A DNA stretch of 10,064 nucleotides. Origin: an uncultured Spirochaetota bacterium. Lineage in GTDB: Bacteria > Spirochaetota > Spirochaetia > SZUA-6 > Fen-1364. Positions 7,844 through 10,064 of this stretch are shown here, in pieces. Both the position numbers and the translations under genes were made by a program. Each line of letters opens with the position of its first letter. The first letter of the stretch is position 1. Location of the stretch: assembly GCA_963745235.1 (NCBI GenBank), contig CAVUXE010000055.1, positions 1 through 10,064 on the forward strand, written 5' to 3'. The notes under the pieces are model-generated. The model made no database searches. It saw only the letters and a program-made list of their open reading frames with translations, and was not told the origin of the DNA.

Positions 7844-7877
7844 GGTTAAGGTTCACTTATTTGTTATCTTTCGTCAA
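7844..7877 (-). promoter_or_regulatory. Putative TA promoter/operator
   Basis: TTGACG (7877-7872), then 17 bp, then a weak -10 GAACCT 5 bp before the ATG. An imperfect palindrome GATAAC-N6-GTGAAC overlaps the spacer. There is no RBS. Confidence 0.45.
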
Positions 7878-8022
7878 GCGAATGCGACGGTGCGCTTGCA
7901 ACCAAGTCGTGGAGAGCCCAAAGACTTGCCGGAGGGGCGGGTTAGTCAGGCAGGGATGCCTGACGCCCGTCCCCTCCGCCGCTTGAAAAGACTCACAAAC
8001 GCCAAGGACCGATCTTGAGTGG

Positions 8023-8138
8023 TCATAACATAGAGTTAAGCCGCCCCGCCGCATCAGCCCAACACTGGACGGAATTGCCAAGCTGCATTCACGCTTCCGG
8101 GCGGCCCTTGAGGGGACAACTGCAACGATTTGTTAGGC
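8023..8138 (-). other. Integron attC site 3 (its cassette ORF is displaced by IS1634)
   Basis: Minus strand: GCCTAAC-AAATC-GTTGCAG...GGGGCGG-CTTAAC-TCTAT-GTTATGA. It shares 37 identical nt with attC2 (8025-8061 = 6977-7013). Confidence 0.88.
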
Positions 8139-10064
8139 CCATCTTCGACACTTTGAAAAACGATGTGCTTACCCCGTAAAGGATTAGAAGACAGGGGTAA
8201 CGTGTTGGCACTACAGCGCTGCTTTCCTTGGAATCACCGGCGTCATTCGCGGACCGTCGGCGGGGCGGCCACGCCGGCAGCCTGCAGCACCGTGTGGCAT
8301 ACGCCGCGAAGGTCGGTGCGCAGGTAGATCTTCTTTCCATTCATTTCGACTTGCACTTCCTGAAGCGCTCGGAGATCTCGATTGATATCTGCCCACTCGG
8401 GCTTCTGCCCTTGCTTCTCAAGGCGCGTTTCCAACTCTTTTCGCAGCACCAGGGCGAGAAAGCTGCAGAAGACGTGGCCCCGGATGGTGTCGTCAACCTT
8501 GTGATAGATCGGGCGGGTCTCCAAAAGGCTCTTGGCCGAACGGAAGATGGATTCCACCATCCATAGCTGCTTGTATTTCAGCGCTACCTCGGCGGCAGCA
8601 AACGCCGTGTTGGTGCGAAGCACCCACATGCCGTCGAAGCGTTGCTCGGCGGCCAGCTTGGCCTCGTCAATCGTGAAGTGCTCCTTGCCCGCCGACTTCA
8701 GATAGCGGCGATAGCCCTTGTTGCCCACGAGGCTCTTGTCCCCGTTTTTCAGCTTCTCTTTCAACGACTCCACGATGGCCGCCCTGTCGGCGGCGTCCTT
8801 TCGGGCCTGATCCTCGTTGTAGCAGACGATGTACCGCTTGCCCCCCACCCACTGCTCGCGGACCGAAAGCGGCGAGGGATCTGCGCTCTTTTTCTTCGCC
8901 GGCGTGACGACGTGCAGCTTCTCAAGGGAGGGAAGTACGGTATCGCGCACCGTCTTGTCGCGGTGCATGCGTGCTCCAAGGATGTAGGACATGCCCAGCT
9001 TTTCACTTTCCAGCTTCTCGATCGTTTGGGCGCTGATCATCCCACGGTCGGCCACCACGCATACCGAGGCGATGCCAAAGCGGCTCTTCAGTCGCTGGAC
9101 CACCGGGATCAGCGAGGTGACATCGGTGAGGTTTCCGGGCCACAGCTCGCAGCAGATCGGCCGTCCTGCACCATCGAGCACCGCCCCTACCACCATTTGC
9201 TTCAGGTCAGGCCGGTGGTCCTTGCTGTGCCCATACTGTCCCAGGCTCTCACCACCGTTGCCTTCGAAGTACAGGCTGGTGGTGTCGAAGAACACCAGCT
9301 CCAGTTCGCTGAACAGGTCGCGGTTACGCTGGAAAAGCTCCTCTTCAATGAGGTCCTTTCGGCAGCGCAGGCTTCTGGCATCATGGCCGAGTTGGATGCT
9401 CTGCTCGCCCAGCCATCCCATGGCGCGGTAGAGGTGATGCAGCTCGATGCCCTCGGTCCCCTCGATCTGGAAATCCTCTTTCCACCGTTCTGCGGCGCGG
9501 TCGCTTCCGGGATCCATCAGCCGATGGAGGACGGTGAGGAAGATCGCCCGTTCCATGGAAAAGCGCCACCGTCGATCGGCTACCTGGCCTTGGATTGCCT
9601 CGGAGATTCCCAACTGCTGCCAGAGTCTACCAAAAACAAGGGCGGGACCGATGGACAGGGTCCGATGAGCCTGGATGGCCCCCTCTCGGTGCGCATCGAT
9701 GATGGTTCGAATCGAAGCGAACTTCGCCAACGAACGGGTAAGGTCATCGATCTTGCCCGATGAGCGCAGCGGCTCCAGTTGACCCAGGGTGGTGAGCACC
9801 CGTTGTTTGACTTTCTTGCCTTCGCGCTTGCTTTCCACGATCTGCAGGTACTTGTAGCCGTGAGAGTTCTTGATGCGGACGAACACGCCGTCTCCCCTCC
9901 CCCTCACAGAGACTATCATGGGAGACCTTATTCTGCAAGCAATTTCTTCAAATCACGCCTATTCCGTGGCACTACAAATACGGCTCCGGTTATACGAAAA
10001 CCTTCAAATTCCCTGCAAATTCGAGGGGTAGGCCTTCCCGGAAGCGTTCAAACTGTCGAAGATG
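8138..10064 (-). mobile_element. Second IS1634-family element, inverted; last 2 bp of the left TIR fall outside the window
   Basis: TIR CCCATCTTCGACACTTTGAAAA starts at 8138. The window ends ...TCAAACTGTCGAAGATG. The predicted length of 1929 bp equals copy 1. Confidence 0.93.
8243..9886 (-). CDS. IS1634-family DDE transposase, 547 aa (diverged paralogue of 3404-5047)
   Basis: Same motifs and length as copy 1 when started at GTG 9886; many substitutions relative to copy 1. Confidence 0.95.
   Translation of the reverse strand: MFVRIKNSHGYKYLQIVESKREGKKVKQRVLTTLGQLEPLRSSGKIDDLTRSLAKFASIRTIIDAHREGAIQAHRTLSIGPALVFGRLWQQLGISEAIQGQVADRRWRFSMERAIFLTVLHRLMDPGSDRAAERWKEDFQIEGTEGIELHHLYRAMGWLGEQSIQLGHDARSLRCRKDLIEEELFQRNRDLFSELELVFFDTTSLYFEGNGGESLGQYGHSKDHRPDLKQMVVGAVLDGAGRPICCELWPGNLTDVTSLIPVVQRLKSRFGIASVCVVADRGMISAQTIEKLESEKLGMSYILGARMHRDKTVRDTVLPSLEKLHVVTPAKKKSADPSPLSVREQWVGGKRYIVCYNEDQARKDAADRAAIVESLKEKLKNGDKSLVGNKGYRRYLKSAGKEHFTIDEAKLAAEQRFDGMWVLRTNTAFAAAEVALKYKQLWMVESIFRSAKSLLETRPIYHKVDDTIRGHVFCSFLALVLRKELETRLEKQGQKPEWADINRDLRALQEVQVEMNGKKIYLRTDLRGVCHTVLQAAGVAAPPTVRE

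Noticed and set aside
5900-8138. 37-bp repeats as a CRISPR array
   Set aside because: The repeats are about 1 kb apart, separated by genes, and have attC architecture; there are no cas genes.

Overview
Almost the whole window is mobile DNA. From left to right it holds: the right end of an IS66 inserted into an IS21 (istA remnant, then a frameshifted and truncated istB); an AT-rich repeat cluster; an IS110-family recombinase gene with 4 frameshifts, preceded by a structured non-coding leader that folds like a bridge RNA; a 59-bp IS3-derived miniature element; and a complete IS1634 with TIRs and a 5-bp TSD that interrupts a truncated IS3. Next is a minus-strand integron cassette array that the ORF track does not show: three ~116-bp attC sites, a HigBA-type toxin-antitoxin cassette and an LCM-family SAM methyltransferase cassette. 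A second, inverted IS1634 is inserted in the R'' box of the most upstream attC. No integron integrase is visible in the window. All calls come from reading by eye; no searches were run.
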